Origin: a virus | Taxonomy: Duplodnaviria > Heunggongvirae > Uroviricota > Caudoviricetes | Virus record (IMG/VR): IMGVR_UViG_3300042922_001018 | Strand: one strand, 5' to 3' | DNA: 64,000 bases | Part shown: positions 62,575 to 64,000 of the stretch, piece after piece | Layout: each line of letters begins with the position of its first letter | Position numbering within the stretch: the stretch's first letter is position 1 | The notes under the pieces: generated by a model | What the model was told of the DNA's origin: nothing | Databases searched by the model: none | What the model saw: only the letters and a program-made list of their open reading frames with translations | Made by a program: the position numbers and the translations under genes

Positions 62575-63132
62575 ATGTCTGAACCGACCCACGAAATCGT
62601 CATCGGCGTCTACCAGGACTCTTTCGTCCGTGGCATCCGATGCCTGCACACGGAGCGCGGAGAGGTCTGTGCGCCGGACGCAGAGACGCAGGCACACCCG
62701 GACTTCGCAGAGACCGTCTACGAACTCTGCTGGAATCCCGAGCAGCCGACTGCGGGTCAGTGCTTCTGGGAGGACTACTTCTTCGGGATGAGTGACTTCT
62801 ACGCGGACAACGGGGACGCCCCCGAGTCGCTGACACTCTTCACGACGCCGGTCACCGTCGTCACCGAGCACCCGCTCGTCGTCCGAGAAGACCCCAACGG
62901 GAAGTCCACCTTCGCCATCCGGGGCGAGAACGGTGACCACATCGGGATGGAGCTGGACGGCAAGTACATCTCCGACATCGAACTTCCGCTGGAGTTCCTG
63001 GTCGTTCACCCGGTCATCTGGACCGTGGAACAGGTCCAGGAAATCCTCTGGACGACCGAAGGCGAGAAGCGGACTCTCCACCCCGGCGATACTCAGTGGG
63101 ACAAGTACGCCGCTCTGGTCACGACTGCGTAG
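62575..63132 (+). CDS. hypothetical protein (185 aa)
   Basis: Protein-like ORF, Trp/Cys-containing. Confidence 0.5.
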   Translation: MSEPTHEIVIGVYQDSFVRGIRCLHTERGEVCAPDAETQAHPDFAETVYELCWNPEQPTAGQCFWEDYFFGMSDFYADNGDAPESLTLFTTPVTVVTEHPLVVREDPNGKSTFAIRGENGDHIGMELDGKYISDIELPLEFLVVHPVIWTVEQVQEILWTTEGEKRTLHPGDTQWDKYAALVTTA

Positions 63133-63135
63133 CGG

Positions 63136-63417
63136 TCAGTACCGCGGCTCGAACATCTCGTCATCGTCGTAGATGCGCCAGCCATCCTCTGAGCTGGTTA
63201 CACGTCGCTCATGCCTGCGGCGGCGTGGTTCAGCGACTAGCGCCGGTTCGACCTCCGGTGAGAAACGCGCGCTGCCGAGGAGTCGCTCGACTACCTGAAC
63301 GTCATGCGCCATCGCGATGAGCGGATTGTCCCAGATGGGAGCCGGGTTCGCGGGAGTCACAACACGGCCATCAGCCAGGCGGTACGGTCTCGGCGCTGTC
63401 ATCCCCATGGACTTCAT
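63136..63417 (-). CDS. hypothetical protein (~93 aa, start trimmed to MKSMGMTAPRPYR)
   Basis: Track N-terminus (74 aa) is Arg/Ser/Cys-rich junk. Confidence 0.4.
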   Translation of the reverse strand: MKSMGMTAPRPYRLADGRVVTPANPAPIWDNPLIAMAHDVQVVERLLGSARFSPEVEPALVAEPRRRRHERRVTSSEDGWRIYDDDEMFEPRY

Positions 63418-63441
63418 CGTACCAGTCTGGTAGCGTTGTAT

Positions 63442-63450
63442 CCGCCTACA
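63442..63450 (+). promoter_or_regulatory. CCGCCTACA element 25 nt upstream of ATG 63476 (with SD AGAAAGG)
   Basis: tatCCGCCTACAgccgattactacagaaaggctacccATG. Confidence 0.4.
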
Positions 63451-63475
63451 GCCGATTACTACAGAAAGGCTACCC

Positions 63476-63946
63476 ATGACTACGTTCGACGAGACCGAAC
63501 ATCCTCGTGCCACCGACGGCAAGTTCGCTGAGAAGACCGGCTCCGAGCCGGAGGTCGGCCTGCCGCAGGCGAAGCGCCTCACGGCCGAAGAGTTGGCTGG
63601 CCTGTCCGACGAGGAGCGTCGCGCCGTCGCGCAGCACAACTTCGACTTCTTCCAGGCTCAGGGCGGCACCATCCACCAATCCGCCCAGGATGCGAACAAC
63701 GCCGCTATCTACCCGCGCACGAAGGAGGAGAAGCAGTATTGGCTCGCTCACCGGAAGTACGAGGGAGACGTGAAGAAGGTGTTCGGTGAGGCGCTCCGCG
63801 AAGCGTACGTCTTCAGCGACATCACCGACGAGCAGCACGCGAAGCTCTTCGACCGCGCGTGGGAGCAGGGTCACTCTTCCGGTTACTACTCCGTCGAGAG
63901 CGAGTACGAAGACCTCGCCGAGTTCGTGGAGACGTTCCGCAACTGA
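63476..63946 (+). CDS. N-terminal-leader family protein, best-conserved leader (156 aa)
   Basis: MTTFDETEHPRATDGKFAEKTGSEPEVGLPQ; C-terminal domain homologous to leaderless gene 50417-50704. Confidence 0.6.
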   Translation: MTTFDETEHPRATDGKFAEKTGSEPEVGLPQAKRLTAEELAGLSDEERRAVAQHNFDFFQAQGGTIHQSAQDANNAAIYPRTKEEKQYWLAHRKYEGDVKKVFGEALREAYVFSDITDEQHAKLFDRAWEQGHSSGYYSVESEYEDLAEFVETFRN

Positions 63947-64000
63947 CGACTGACCGAAGGCCGTGGCTCCGACTGGGGTCACGGCCTTCGTCGTACGGTA

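Noticed and set aside
1-64000. Phage structural module, integrase/transposase, tRNA or rRNA
   Set aside because: I looked for terminase Walker motifs, portal or capsid-like ORFs, tape-measure-size genes, tyrosine/serine recombinase motifs and tRNA cloverleaf candidates and found none in this window. The phage-like impression rests only on gene organisation and the leader family.

Overview
64 kb of high-GC (~65-68%) actinobacterial-type DNA with very dense coding. Coordinates 108-38543 form an almost uninterrupted minus-strand gene train with pervasive ATGA/GTGA start-stop overlaps. The remainder is mixed-strand. I found no rRNA, tRNA, CRISPR, integrase, transposase or recognisable phage structural genes, so the origin is unclear: phage-like organisation versus a chromosomal or plasmid accessory/conflict island. 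The content is dominated by multigene families that I cannot assign to any characterised family from sequence alone. (1) At least 30 tandem paralogues, plus 3 mini-ORFs, end in a bipartite C-terminal motif G-[VI]-P-x-E-Y-[AL]. They fall into subfamilies A, B and C and run mainly from 15545 to 33300. (2) Eight otherwise unrelated proteins share a ~25-30 aa N-terminal leader, M-[TS]-F-[DN]-E-T-[ED]-H-P-R-x-T-D-G-[KQ]-F-A-E-K-[TV]-G-x-x-P-E-[VIL]-x-L. One of them carries a DUF262/ParB-like (GmrS-like) nuclease domain, and six of the eight sit behind a conserved CCGCCTACA promoter-like element. (3) Six type-II membrane-anchored proteins carry a TadE/pseudopilin-like N-terminus; four are tandem and share long direct DNA repeats around a variable core. 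Recognisable genes: a Type III R-M pair (mod 46629-48512, res 44038-46662), GatB/YqeY, SPFH/band-7, GNAT, a PD-(D/E)xK nuclease, an AbiEii-like nucleotidyltransferase, a fatty-acid desaturase, several lipoproteins, a secreted cutinase-like esterase, a PKD surface protein and three LRV/HEAT-repeat proteins. A ~700 bp noncoding region (3362-4063) carries an AT-rich tract, palindromes and five helically phased iteron-like repeats. Many long ORFs in the supplied track are antisense artefacts of high GC and were rejected or trimmed.
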